Source: a virus. From it: a DNA stretch of 64,000 nucleotides. Both the position numbers and the translations under genes were made by a program. The notes beneath the pieces were generated by a model. It made no database searches. It was not told where the DNA came from and saw nothing but the letters and a program-made list of their open reading frames with translations. Of this stretch, positions 1 through 9,610 are shown piece after piece (position 1 is the first letter of the stretch; each line of letters opens with the position of its first letter). The stretch spans positions 32,001 through 96,000 of IMG/VR virus record IMGVR_UViG_3300011335_000775; one strand, 5' to 3'.

Positions 1-131
1 AAGATGTGAACGACAGTGTAGTTCGTTACGGACGCCTGGCAACTCTGCTAACTATATTTGAAAATCGTGAAACCAGTAGAATTAAAATAGAACTAAGGAA
101 GAAAAATCTTGTTAAAAGACTACGGAATTGA
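1..131 (+). CDS. DNA primase, C-terminal end (partial)
   Basis: Frame from nt 3 reads DVNDSVVRYGRLATLLTIFE...KRLRN*; (K)DVND is typical of the end of a Toprim primase; overlaps the helicase start. Confidence 0.65.
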   Translation, partial: DVNDSVVRYGRLATLLTIFENRETSRIKIELRKKNLVKRLRN

Positions 132-1536
132 AGTACAAAAGTTATTTCTAGAAATGATGTTGGAGGATGCACAGGGCTATGTGCGTGTACAGAACATTTA
201 TAATCCAGAGAACTTTGATAGAAGTTTGAGACCAGCTGCTGAGTTTCTTAAAGAGCATGGAGACAAATACAAAACACTTCCTGATCGAGCACAGATATCG
301 GCTACCACAGGAGTAAAACTACAATCAGTGCCCGAACTTAACGAAGGGCACTTCGAATGGTTTATGACAGAGTTTGAAGCATTTACTCGACGTCAAGAAT
401 TAGAACGTGCAATTCTCAAAGCAGCAGACTTGTTGGAAAAGGGTGACTACGACCCAGTGGAAAAGCTGATCAAAGATGCTGTACAGATCAGTCTAACCAA
501 GGACATGGGCACAGATTACTTTGCTGATCCCAAAGGACGAATTGAAAAGTATTTCAACAGTGGTGGACAAGTCAGCACAGGCTGGCCACAGATGGATCGA
601 TTGTTGTACGGTGGATTCAGTCGCGGTGAACTAAACATCTTTGCAGGTGGTTCGGGCTCGGGCAAGAGTCTTGTGATGATGAATATAGCATTGAATTGGG
701 TTCAAGCCGGACTAAGCGGAGTATACATTACGCTGGAGTTGAGTGAAGAACTCACAAGTTTAAGAACTGATGCCATGCTTACCAACATGAGCACCAAGGA
801 CATTCGCAAAGACATTGACACAGCAGAACTCAAAGTCAAACTGGTAGCCAAAAAGAGCGGCAACTATCAAGTGAAAGGATTGCCGGCACAAAGCAATATC
901 AATGACATTCGTGCGTATTTGAAAGAATATCAAATACAAACCGGCAAGCGAGTGGACTTTGTGATGATTGACTATTTGGATTTGTTGATGCCTGTGAGTG
1001 CAAAAGTAAGCCCAAATGATTTGTTTGTGAAAGACAAGTATGTGAGTGAAGAACTACGTAACTTGGCCAAAGAGCTAGGTGTGCTTATGGTAACTGCAAG
1101 TCAATTGAACCGATCAGCGGTAGAAGAAGTAGAGTTTGATCACAGTCACATTTCAGGTGGTATCTCAAAGATCAATACAGCAGACAATGTGTTTGGTATT
1201 TTTACCAGTAGACAAATGAAAGAGCGTGGCAAGTATCAAATTCAGTGCATGAAGTCACGTAGTTCGACAGGTGTAGGCCAGAAGATTGATCTTGAATACA
1301 ACATTGACACCATGCGTATCACCGATGCTGGTGGAGACGATAATGAAAACTCATTCCGCAAACCCAGCTTGATGGATTCTATCAAAGCAAAAGCATCAGT
1401 TACTCCGTCTGAATCTACCGGCGGGTGGGAACGACCACAACCCAAAGATGGGCACGACCCATTGGATCCAAAGATTTCTGTAGATGTGCAAAGTACCAAG
1501 CTCAAGCAGTTGTTAGGAAAGATCAAAACAACTTAA
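109..1536 (+). CDS. Replicative DnaB/T4 gp41-like helicase
   Basis: Walker A GGSGSGKS, MIDYLDL Walker B, TASQLNR motif. Confidence 0.92.
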   Translation: MLKDYGIEVQKLFLEMMLEDAQGYVRVQNIYNPENFDRSLRPAAEFLKEHGDKYKTLPDRAQISATTGVKLQSVPELNEGHFEWFMTEFEAFTRRQELERAILKAADLLEKGDYDPVEKLIKDAVQISLTKDMGTDYFADPKGRIEKYFNSGGQVSTGWPQMDRLLYGGFSRGELNIFAGGSGSGKSLVMMNIALNWVQAGLSGVYITLELSEELTSLRTDAMLTNMSTKDIRKDIDTAELKVKLVAKKSGNYQVKGLPAQSNINDIRAYLKEYQIQTGKRVDFVMIDYLDLLMPVSAKVSPNDLFVKDKYVSEELRNLAKELGVLMVTASQLNRSAVEEVEFDHSHISGGISKINTADNVFGIFTSRQMKERGKYQIQCMKSRSSTGVGQKIDLEYNIDTMRITDAGGDDNENSFRKPSLMDSIKAKASVTPSESTGGWERPQPKDGHDPLDPKISVDVQSTKLKQLLGKIKTT

Positions 1537-1542
1537 AACCAA

Positions 1543-1548
1543 TAAATA
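1543..1548 (+). promoter_or_regulatory. T4-late-type promoter core TAAATA (representative; also 3796, 4322, 4736, 5425, 7761, 10347, 17488, 23488, 29405, 32397, 32928, 40027, 41146, 41371 on +; 16291, 34093, 53009, 55459 on -)
   Basis: TAAATA recurs just upstream of gene starts; resembles the T4 gp55 late promoter TATAAATA. Confidence 0.7.
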
Positions 1549-1567
1549 AGTCAAAGGCCTTCTCCAC

Positions 1568-1813
1568 ATGCAAAAGCGTACTCGTAGTATTTTAGACGAA
1601 CTGGACTCAATGTATATCGAGCGTGAACGTGATCTAGTGATAGAAAGCCGCGCCGTAAACATCATTGCCGGCGCGATTAACTTGCTGGAACAGATTGACG
1701 CTTCTTACACTCCAGCCCAAGCAGACAATTTAACACGCAAATTACTCAATGCTATCCGTACTCGTGATACAGGAAAATTTGCCAGAACAGTGAGGCGCAG
1801 CAATGCAAATTAA
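1568..1813 (+). CDS. Hypothetical phage protein
   Basis: ORF after late promoter, overlaps the next gene. Confidence 0.7.
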   Translation: MQKRTRSILDELDSMYIERERDLVIESRAVNIIAGAINLLEQIDASYTPAQADNLTRKLLNAIRTRDTGKFARTVRRSNAN

Positions 1814-3779
1814 AAAGCTACTTGAAGGTGGCAACGTATTTAAAAACAAATCTGGGGAATCTCTTACCCAACGCATTGATCAACGTGATATACCTGCCAC
1901 AGTTGACTGGTTAGAACAAGTAACAGGCTTGGATTTTACTTCTGATGTAGGTGATGATGGCATCCCTTTGCGTTGGTTGGGATCAACTGGTAAGAAACCC
2001 ACGTCGGGTGATCTAGACCTTGCTGTGGATCTTAGCGAAATAAGCAAAGAACAATTGGCCGGGATCCTTACACAATTTGTGCAAAGTCAAGCACTAGACC
2101 CTAGAGAATGGGTCAAAAAGTCCGGTGAGGTCCATTTCAGAACTCCTATTGCCGGTGATGCTAATCGTGGATTTGTACAAACTGACTTTATGTTCTTTCC
2201 TAATTTAGATTGGGGGCAGTTTTATTATGGTGGCGGCACAGAATCAGCTTTCAAGGGCATGAATCGCAATGTGCTCATGTCAAGCATAGCCAAACAACAA
2301 GGACTCAAAGTAGGGGCCAATGGCATGTTTTCACGAGCCACAAATCAGCTGGTCAACGGCGGCATGGATCCTGACTATGTAGCCACAGTGTTGCTTGGTC
2401 AAGGCGCCACACGTGAGAATTTAAAAAATGTAGAATCTATATATTCTGCATTGGCGCAAGATCCTGATCGCGACACCAAACTCAAAGATTTTCGTGAATA
2501 TCTAGCTGGTGAAGGTCTGCAAGAACCTGATATGACCATGAAGGAAAGTGACACTAACTTTTTAGCTCGCCTGCGTGATAGAATTGTAAATCAAGGTATG
2601 ATGCCGTTGATTGAAACTAAAAAAACATATGAGCTGTATGAACAAGAACCTGCGGCTGTGGGTGGCAAAGCCAAGGGCATCGAGCACCTGGAAGATTATA
2701 TTTTCCGTAGTGGCAGTGCCGGAGTAGACAAAGCATTGGCCATAGCCGATGCTTTTTATGCCAATTCCAAAACAGGCTCAGTAAAATGGGATGGAGTTCC
2801 TGCATTGGTATTTGGGCGTAAACCCGACACTGGTGAGTTTGTGCTCACAGATGACGCAGGATTCACTGCCGCAGGATATGATGGGTTGTTTACCAGCCCT
2901 GATGCTATCGCCGACGATATGGCTCGTCGAGATGCCAATGCCACTGCTAAAGGCAACAAAGCTACTAGAGTCCAGACTTTATTGCCTACTTACGAAACTG
3001 TATGGCCGTATCTTGAAGCAGCCACACCTACCAACTTCCGTGGGTATGTCAAAGGTGATCTGTTGTATACCGCAACACCCACAGTGGAAGCAGGCAATCT
3101 GGTATTCCAACCCAACACTGTGCAGTATCGTATTCCTGCCAATAGCAAACTTGGACAACAAATTGCTAACAGTGATGTGGGGGTGGCAGTACATACCATG
3201 TATGCAGACGTAGATGCTCCCAAACAACCACTCAGCAGAGTTAAATTTAATCCTGTGGAAGGATTGCTGCTGATAGAACCCATCTATGCCAAACCTGTGC
3301 CCAAGAATGATGCAATAGTCAAGCAGATTAAATTGTTGTTGCGTCAAAATCGAGCAGCACTGGATACTTTGTTTAATCCTGCAGAATTGCGGGCCATGAA
3401 GATAACCGATTTGGCCAAGTTAGCAATTGATTACATCAACAAGCGTGTGGATCCTAATCATGCTGCATATACTGGAAATTTTAGTGATCTAGTTCCAGGA
3501 TTCATGTCTTGGCTACAACAAACACAAACATCACAAAAAGTCAACAATATAGCACAATATCTGCGCAGTCCTACTAGCAACGAGCAAGCACTGGCTGCTG
3601 CGTTCTTGTTGTTTGAATTGTTGCACGATTTGAAGTTAGATTTGCTAGGGCAGTTGGATACACAAGGGCCCGGCAATGAAGGATGGGTGTTTGCCACCCC
3701 TGCAGGCTATGGCAAAGCAGTGAATAGATTTGATTTCACTGCCAGAAACAAAGCACGAAACAACCCGCCAACTCGATGA
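1803..3779 (+). CDS. Two-domain protein: pol-beta-type nucleotidyltransferase plus ligase-like (KWDG; DUF6267-like) domain
   Basis: LGSTGKKPTSGDLDLAVD (GS..DxD); HLEDYIF...SVKWDGVPALVFG. Confidence 0.55.
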   Translation: MQIKKLLEGGNVFKNKSGESLTQRIDQRDIPATVDWLEQVTGLDFTSDVGDDGIPLRWLGSTGKKPTSGDLDLAVDLSEISKEQLAGILTQFVQSQALDPREWVKKSGEVHFRTPIAGDANRGFVQTDFMFFPNLDWGQFYYGGGTESAFKGMNRNVLMSSIAKQQGLKVGANGMFSRATNQLVNGGMDPDYVATVLLGQGATRENLKNVESIYSALAQDPDRDTKLKDFREYLAGEGLQEPDMTMKESDTNFLARLRDRIVNQGMMPLIETKKTYELYEQEPAAVGGKAKGIEHLEDYIFRSGSAGVDKALAIADAFYANSKTGSVKWDGVPALVFGRKPDTGEFVLTDDAGFTAAGYDGLFTSPDAIADDMARRDANATAKGNKATRVQTLLPTYETVWPYLEAATPTNFRGYVKGDLLYTATPTVEAGNLVFQPNTVQYRIPANSKLGQQIANSDVGVAVHTMYADVDAPKQPLSRVKFNPVEGLLLIEPIYAKPVPKNDAIVKQIKLLLRQNRAALDTLFNPAELRAMKITDLAKLAIDYINKRVDPNHAAYTGNFSDLVPGFMSWLQQTQTSQKVNNIAQYLRSPTSNEQALAAAFLLFELLHDLKLDLLGQLDTQGPGNEGWVFATPAGYGKAVNRFDFTARNKARNNPPTR

Positions 3780-3839
3780 TTTTTTGCCAGATTCATAAAT
3801 AAGTGTAGGGCAGAAACCCACTTTTTAGGAGATATTAAA

Positions 3840-4265
3840 ATGGCAGGATTTACAAAAACAAACGGAACTACCCAACCGGTATTCCACATGGACACTGCGA
3901 ACGGTAACGTTCAAGGTACATCAAACATCGCCGCAGGCGGTTCAGTTAACTTCCAAGGTCCCAAGCTAGACTTTTTCAGCTTGGTAGCTAATGGTTCTTT
4001 GACCACATCTGGTAACGTGAATGGTTACATCAACAACTTGATGCAAGCTATTCAGACCAAAGCCACCGTGGCCATGTATCAAGTTAGCCCAGCAGCACCA
4101 ACGATATTGAACTTGGCACTGTATCCAACAGGTGCTTACGATGCTGCGTCATTGCTGGCCACTGCTAATACCAGTGCTACAGTGGCTTCGGGTGGTCAGA
4201 ACATACAGTTAAGCAGCTCGGCTGGTAACGCTGTGTTTACAACTAGCCCTAACGTCAACGTCTAA
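3840..4265 (+). CDS. Probable virion structural protein
   Basis: Late promoter at 3796, AGGAGA RBS, rich in G/A/S/T/N, followed by a terminator. Confidence 0.55.
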   Translation: MAGFTKTNGTTQPVFHMDTANGNVQGTSNIAAGGSVNFQGPKLDFFSLVANGSLTTSGNVNGYINNLMQAIQTKATVAMYQVSPAAPTILNLALYPTGAYDAASLLATANTSATVASGGQNIQLSSSAGNAVFTTSPNVNV

Positions 4266-4283
4266 TCTACCAGGTAGAAAATC

Positions 4284-4316
4284 AAAGCCTTGGATTAATT
4301 TCCAAGGCTTTTTTTT
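4284..4316 (+). terminator. Intrinsic terminator
   Basis: AAAGCCTTGGA-loop-TCCAAGGCTTT followed by a T run. Confidence 0.85.
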
Positions 4317-4331
4317 GGCCGTAAATACCGT

Positions 4332-4742
4332 ATGACAATGAGTATACAAATAACCACAGACTTTGATTGCAGACCTACTGGAGTCACTGGACACTATCGA
4401 GAAAATCTACTGCCGTTTACTGACCAGCTGGGGCAATCAGTTACTGATATGTCTACCTGGGTCCGCAGTCGCAATCAACAACGCAATTGGGAAACTATCA
4501 TGCAATTGATAAGTCTTTACACACAACCAGTTCGTGTTTCTCAAGTGCGTGCCAAGGATCAACGTTGGCAATTTGAGTTTGACACAGATTTTGATGATGT
4601 GTTTGCTATCAACGATGACCCTGTGGGGAGACTACTGCAAGCATGTGATGGTGTGCCGGTAATCAATTATGTTGAACAACAATTAACTACATTATTACAT
4701 CCCGGAGTGAACATATGGTTCAACGCATTGAACCATAAATAA
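4332..4742 (+). CDS. Hypothetical protein
   Basis: 136-aa ORF with TAAATA 4 nt upstream. Confidence 0.7.
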   Translation: MTMSIQITTDFDCRPTGVTGHYRENLLPFTDQLGQSVTDMSTWVRSRNQQRNWETIMQLISLYTQPVRVSQVRAKDQRWQFEFDTDFDDVFAINDDPVGRLLQACDGVPVINYVEQQLTTLLHPGVNIWFNALNHK

Positions 4743-4745
4743 CTC

Positions 4746-5015
4746 ATGATAGACACTTATACCACCGATGTTGAAAAAAAGAGCCTTGAGGCACATGTAG
4801 AGCTTTGTGCCGAACGCTATCGACATTTAGAATTCCAACTGGAAGCAGCCAACTCCAGCATAGGTAGTTTAAAATCCATGGTAGTAGAAGTGCATGAAAT
4901 GGTGCATGCAATGGCAGCTAAACGCAATGACCAATTGATAAACTGGGGCATAGGACTAATTGGATTCCTTGTGGCCACAGTGGGCTGGATGGTAACTCGC
5001 TACGTATTAATATGA
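4746..5015 (+). CDS. Small coiled-coil protein with C-terminal TM helix
   Basis: WGIGLIGFLVATVGWMV hydrophobic tail. Confidence 0.65.
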   Translation: MIDTYTTDVEKKSLEAHVELCAERYRHLEFQLEAANSSIGSLKSMVVEVHEMVHAMAAKRNDQLINWGIGLIGFLVATVGWMVTRYVLI

Positions 5016-5503
5016 AAGCCAGTCAGAAACTGGCTGAATTGGCCGCACAAGAATTACCAAAACTCTTGGATAAAGTAATCATAGAGGATGGAAAAAAGTA
5101 CCGTGTGTTTGGCAAATATACCATACATCCTGCAACCGACGGATTTGAAGTTTTTCAAAGAGATGACAATATTGGTACATTTTCCAATACCAAATCTGCA
5201 TTGGCTTGGTGCATAGCCGACAATCAAAATCGTCTTAATCTAGCTAGACAAATACATGAACTTGATCAATCCGTAGTAAGAATGCGTAATGACATATACA
5301 TACGCCGCGGTATTGCTGATCGTGCGTCGGGTCAAAACTGGGAAAATTTAATTAACAAAACAAATGCTAGGCAAGAGCAGAACTTGATCCTAGAAAAAGA
5401 ACTAGCGAAATGTATAAATTTGGCTAAATACTGGCAACTACGAGGAAACTCAGATGAAACTAAACGAACTGGCCGTAACACGCCCCACCCGACAAATCGC
5501 TAA
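5012..5503 (+). CDS. Hypothetical protein
   Basis: ATGA overlap with the previous gene. Confidence 0.7.
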   Translation: MKASQKLAELAAQELPKLLDKVIIEDGKKYRVFGKYTIHPATDGFEVFQRDDNIGTFSNTKSALAWCIADNQNRLNLARQIHELDQSVVRMRNDIYIRRGIADRASGQNWENLINKTNARQEQNLILEKELAKCINLAKYWQLRGNSDETKRTGRNTPHPTNR

Positions 5504-6341
5504 AGTATTCGAAAGTCATTTTGACCAACGTGTACAATTTGATTCGCTGAATCGCAAACAACTGCACAACATGTATCGCCAAGTGCGCGGCATGCTGGGC
5601 GAAGTACGCAGCGGCCCTGCTCGCCACACTAGCCAAAAGAATCCTGCATATCTCAAGCTGATGATGATGGAACAAGCACTTGCTGAAAAGATCTATGAAG
5701 ATGAAACGGCTCAACAGAATCCTCAAACTGGAACATCGGGCAGTCCGGGAATAAATCCTCAACAAACCGCTGCCATGATGGCTCAACAAAAACAAGCCAA
5801 GATTAAACAAATGGAAACTGAACTTCAGACCAAGAAAGATGAAGTTACAGATCTACAGAACCAACTCAACAAAGAAAAGACTACGGTCACCGCTATGGAA
5901 TGGCGTCAACGTGCTCAAGCCGGTGGTTATTATCTTAGCGAAGGTGAAGTACAACAAGCTCAAGTGGTGTTGGCTGCACAAGACATGGTTGACAAAATGC
6001 AAGACATGATTGAAGACAGCACCGAAATGCAATTCAAAGAATTGCCAGCCCTGGTTGATTCAATCAAGAATCAAATTGGTCCAGACCAAGCAGCACAATT
6101 CAACAATGATGCACAAGCAGCACTCAGTGGCCTGGTACAGAACTTGCAAGCCAGCAAACAACAGCTAGAGCAAGCTCTTGGTGTAGTTACTGGACAAGCA
6201 CCTACACCTGGTGCTGACATGGGTATGACTCCCCCGGGCGGAGATCAGGGACTAGCAGGGCCTCCTCCGGGTGCTGAACTTCCTCCGGAAGAACCAGCAA
6301 TTGGTGGACCGGCAGCAGCTCTAGGCCGTGAGCGTAGATAA
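5454..6341 (+). CDS. Q-rich coiled-coil late protein (possible head core/scaffold)
   Basis: Late promoter at 5425, helical body, Pro/Gly-rich tail; the function is a guess. Confidence 0.5.
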   Translation: MKLNELAVTRPTRQIAKVFESHFDQRVQFDSLNRKQLHNMYRQVRGMLGEVRSGPARHTSQKNPAYLKLMMMEQALAEKIYEDETAQQNPQTGTSGSPGINPQQTAAMMAQQKQAKIKQMETELQTKKDEVTDLQNQLNKEKTTVTAMEWRQRAQAGGYYLSEGEVQQAQVVLAAQDMVDKMQDMIEDSTEMQFKELPALVDSIKNQIGPDQAAQFNNDAQAALSGLVQNLQASKQQLEQALGVVTGQAPTPGADMGMTPPGGDQGLAGPPPGAELPPEEPAIGGPAAALGRERR

Positions 6342-6688
6342 TGAGAATCAATGAAGTAGAAGCAGACGCTACCGCAGACAAACTCATGGCCTTGGCCAAG
6401 TTTGCTGTGGGTAGAGCACAGGATACTTCTGCCAAAATGCAAATGCCAGTACAGGCATTTATCAATCGAGCACAAAGTATGGGTATAGACATTACTCCAG
6501 ACACTTTGCAAACTCTAGTTGGGCAACCACCACTTAGTGGCTTGATTGAACCTATGAATCCCAACGCCACAAAATTAACATTCAAAGGTGGCGACAAGCC
6601 CGGACCAGTCACAATGCCAGTTAATCAAGCCCAGGACATTGTGGCAGCAGCAGCACAATCCGCTTTGAACAAAGATCGCGGAGTTTAA
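6341..6688 (+). CDS. Hypothetical late protein
   Basis: TAATG stop/start overlap. Confidence 0.65.
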   Translation: MRINEVEADATADKLMALAKFAVGRAQDTSAKMQMPVQAFINRAQSMGIDITPDTLQTLVGQPPLSGLIEPMNPNATKLTFKGGDKPGPVTMPVNQAQDIVAAAAQSALNKDRGV

Positions 6689-7750
6689 TTGAAAAAAAAA
6701 TTAATAATTTTTTGTGAGCGTGAGTATTGTGAAATGTTTTTTGATCTCAACAATGACGATTATGAGTTTGTTAACAATCGAGATCATCCTGCAATAGATA
6801 TATATATATTAATAGATAGCATGGCAACAAATCCAGATATATCTGCTAAGATATATTTGAATCTTGATTTATTTCACAGTTATGAAAATCAAATTAACAA
6901 GCCGTTTTTGCCTAAAAATTGGTATCAGATTATTACTGGAATAAACAACAAATCTTATCTCAGTAAACAAGTTATAGGTGTAGATTTTATATTCAATAGA
7001 ACAAAAGCATATTATCAACATTATCCATTTAAACCCGGAACCAAAAAATGGTATTACTTAACACCAGATGCATATCCTGTGTTAGATTTGCCTAAATCTA
7101 GTGCAAAGATTTTTATTTTTTTAGCACCTAATAAAACATATGGCGGCAGACGATATTATCGTACTCGTTTAGTGAATTTTTTAAAACAAAATTTTGGTGA
7201 GTGGGCACGTGGATATGGATTTATAGGAAATTGTGACGATGACCATGACAGGAAATTGTATGGGCACTTGCATTTTAAAGAAGTTCCTAATGATTCACAT
7301 GATTTATTTTTATTAAAAGATGGCCCTGCCCCTAGCGGTTATCTGCCAATGCATAATTCTTATTACTATCATACTTTTATCAGCATCTATGCAGAAACAA
7401 TTGAATACGGTGATACTATTGTGGTGACAGAAAAAACTTATGATCCGTTGATTCGCGGGCATTTTATTTTGCCGTTTAGCACCGAAGGTTTCATACAACA
7501 TGTCAAGTCTCTTGGATTTCTTTTTCCAGAATTTATTGATTATTCGTACGACACTATATCAGATCCAGATTTAAGATATCAAGCATATGAAAATGAAATT
7601 CAACGGTTGATGAATTTTGACATACAGACTTGGCGCAACCATTGGGATCAAAATTTAGATTTGTTGTATCACAATAAAAAAGTGTTTGTAGAGCGCCCAT
7701 ATGATCGAATTGATTTTGATCAGTTAATTCATCAGGCCCAGAGTGGTTGA
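6689..7750 (+). CDS. GT10/fucosyltransferase-like glycosyltransferase paralog 1
   Basis: SIYAET...VTEKTYDPLIRGHF...DYSYD; AT-rich. Confidence 0.5.
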   Translation: MKKKLIIFCEREYCEMFFDLNNDDYEFVNNRDHPAIDIYILIDSMATNPDISAKIYLNLDLFHSYENQINKPFLPKNWYQIITGINNKSYLSKQVIGVDFIFNRTKAYYQHYPFKPGTKKWYYLTPDAYPVLDLPKSSAKIFIFLAPNKTYGGRRYYRTRLVNFLKQNFGEWARGYGFIGNCDDDHDRKLYGHLHFKEVPNDSHDLFLLKDGPAPSGYLPMHNSYYYHTFISIYAETIEYGDTIVVTEKTYDPLIRGHFILPFSTEGFIQHVKSLGFLFPEFIDYSYDTISDPDLRYQAYENEIQRLMNFDIQTWRNHWDQNLDLLYHNKKVFVERPYDRIDFDQLIHQAQSG

Positions 7751-7792
7751 CAAGTTGGAGTAAATACCTTACAATATAGTAAGGAACATATT

Positions 7793-8179
7793 ATGGCATA
7801 TTCAACTCAAGTAATCGATCATTATGAAAATCCCCGCAATGTGGGGTCGTTTGCCAAGGACGACACAGACATTGGAACAGGTATGGTGGGAGCACCTGCC
7901 TGCGGAGATGTGATGAAATTACAAATCAAAGTACAAGATGGAATCATCACCGACGCAAGATTTAAAACTTATGGATGCGGCAGTGCTATTGCTTCAAGTA
8001 GTTTGGTAACTGAATGGGTAAAGGGTAAAACCCTAGATCAAGCAGCAGCTCTTAAGAATTCTGAAATTGCCGAACATCTGGCATTGCCTCCTGTGAAGAT
8101 ACATTGTAGCATATTAGCCGAGGATGCCATAAAGGCAGCGGTAATTGATTACAAAAACAAACATGATCTTGTTAACTGA
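7793..8179 (+). CDS. iscU: Fe-S cluster scaffold IscU
   Basis: DHYENPRNVG, GAPACGDVMKLQI, GCGSAIASSS, LPPVKIHCS. Confidence 0.95.
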   Translation: MAYSTQVIDHYENPRNVGSFAKDDTDIGTGMVGAPACGDVMKLQIKVQDGIITDARFKTYGCGSAIASSSLVTEWVKGKTLDQAAALKNSEIAEHLALPPVKIHCSILAEDAIKAAVIDYKNKHDLVN

Positions 8180-8483
8180 AACTGCTGCTCGAAAAATAAC
8201 ACAGACCATTCAACGTCGCGGGCATGGCATTGGTATTCGTGTAGGAGTCAAAACAACCGGTTGCTCTGGGCTTGCTTATGTGTTAGAATACGTAGATGCT
8301 GAACAACCGGAAGATATCTGTATCGATTGCAACAACTGTAAATTGTTTGTTGATCCCAAAAGCCGTGCATATCTACAAGGACTCGAAGTAGACTACACCA
8401 GACAAGGGCTTAACGAAGGATTCCAGTTCAACAATCCTAATGAACGTGACCGATGTGGGTGCGGAGAAAGTTTTAGAGTTTAA
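8163..8483 (+). CDS. iscA: Fe-S carrier IscA (HesB family)
   Basis: GCSGLAY and CGCGESF motifs. Confidence 0.95.
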   Translation: MILLTETAARKITQTIQRRGHGIGIRVGVKTTGCSGLAYVLEYVDAEQPEDICIDCNNCKLFVDPKSRAYLQGLEVDYTRQGLNEGFQFNNPNERDRCGCGESFRV

Positions 8484-8484
8484 G

Positions 8485-9567
8485 ATGATTTCAATCTTTT
8501 CACCTTACTATGCAGGAATTGTTCATATATTTAATCAATTTCCACATAAACAATTTTATGATGATTTTGATGAGTTTAAAAAAAGCACAGCATCAATCAA
8601 AATCGCATTCATAAACAAAACAGATCCAACACCTGACTACAGTTATGTTGCACAATTTGTAAATCACTGTGACATAGTGTTAGTCCGTGATGGAGAATTT
8701 CATGAATGGCATCTTTTAAACTCTAATTTATATGCTTGGAAAAATGTTTATTGGATTGGTCCAGGTTATACAAAAAAAAATAATGAGTTCATCATATCTC
8801 GCCAACACTGGCTTGATCACATACAAAAACTCTATTGTATACCCAGTTTAAGAATTCAGCTTAATCGATTAACCCCATATCAATCAAAACCAATGATTTT
8901 TGATGCGTTATTAGGAAGTCGCAGGCCGCCAAGACTTTTCATAATGGATCAAATAAAAACCCACAATCTTGAATCAAAAATAATAAGCAACATTTTTTCT
9001 CAGGACACATATTCTCACTACCCAATGGATCAACTGCCGGGATTTGTATGGGAAGATGATTATCATTATGCCAACAGTCTGAATAAGAATATAAATCATG
9101 TTGGGTGCCTGATAAATTATCATGGGGAAATCACTAGTCTTGGAAATATAATCCCCATCTCTACTTACAATCGAGCTGCATTTAGCATTCTGTCAGAAAC
9201 CGAACATAACAATTCTGTGTACATGTTTACAGAAAAAACAGCCAAGGTCGCATTAGGACGTAGAGTATTTGTGGCATTTGCTGGCCGGGGGTTTTTGCAA
9301 CTGATGCGAGATGCCGGGTTCCAGACATTTGATGGTATAATTGATGAAAGCTATGATCTAATAGAAAACGATCAAGATCGATGGCAAGCAGCATTTGATC
9401 AAGTGATAAGATTGTGCGAAGCAGATCAGGAAACTGTGCTATCTCAAGCAAAACCGATATTAGAACATAATTTCAATTTGATAATGTACCATCCCTGGCA
9501 ACTCGATGCAGATCTTGCGATTATGTCAAAACTATCTGAACTGATTGAAAAACTCAATCAACCGTGA
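8485..9567 (+). CDS. GT10-like glycosyltransferase paralog 2
   Basis: SILSET...FTEKTAK...GFQTFDGIIDESYD. Confidence 0.5.
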   Translation: MISIFSPYYAGIVHIFNQFPHKQFYDDFDEFKKSTASIKIAFINKTDPTPDYSYVAQFVNHCDIVLVRDGEFHEWHLLNSNLYAWKNVYWIGPGYTKKNNEFIISRQHWLDHIQKLYCIPSLRIQLNRLTPYQSKPMIFDALLGSRRPPRLFIMDQIKTHNLESKIISNIFSQDTYSHYPMDQLPGFVWEDDYHYANSLNKNINHVGCLINYHGEITSLGNIIPISTYNRAAFSILSETEHNNSVYMFTEKTAKVALGRRVFVAFAGRGFLQLMRDAGFQTFDGIIDESYDLIENDQDRWQAAFDQVIRLCEADQETVLSQAKPILEHNFNLIMYHPWQLDADLAIMSKLSELIEKLNQP

Positions 9568-9610
9568 TAACATATTGCTTTTTACCGCACAATATGTTAT
9601 AGTTGTGGTT

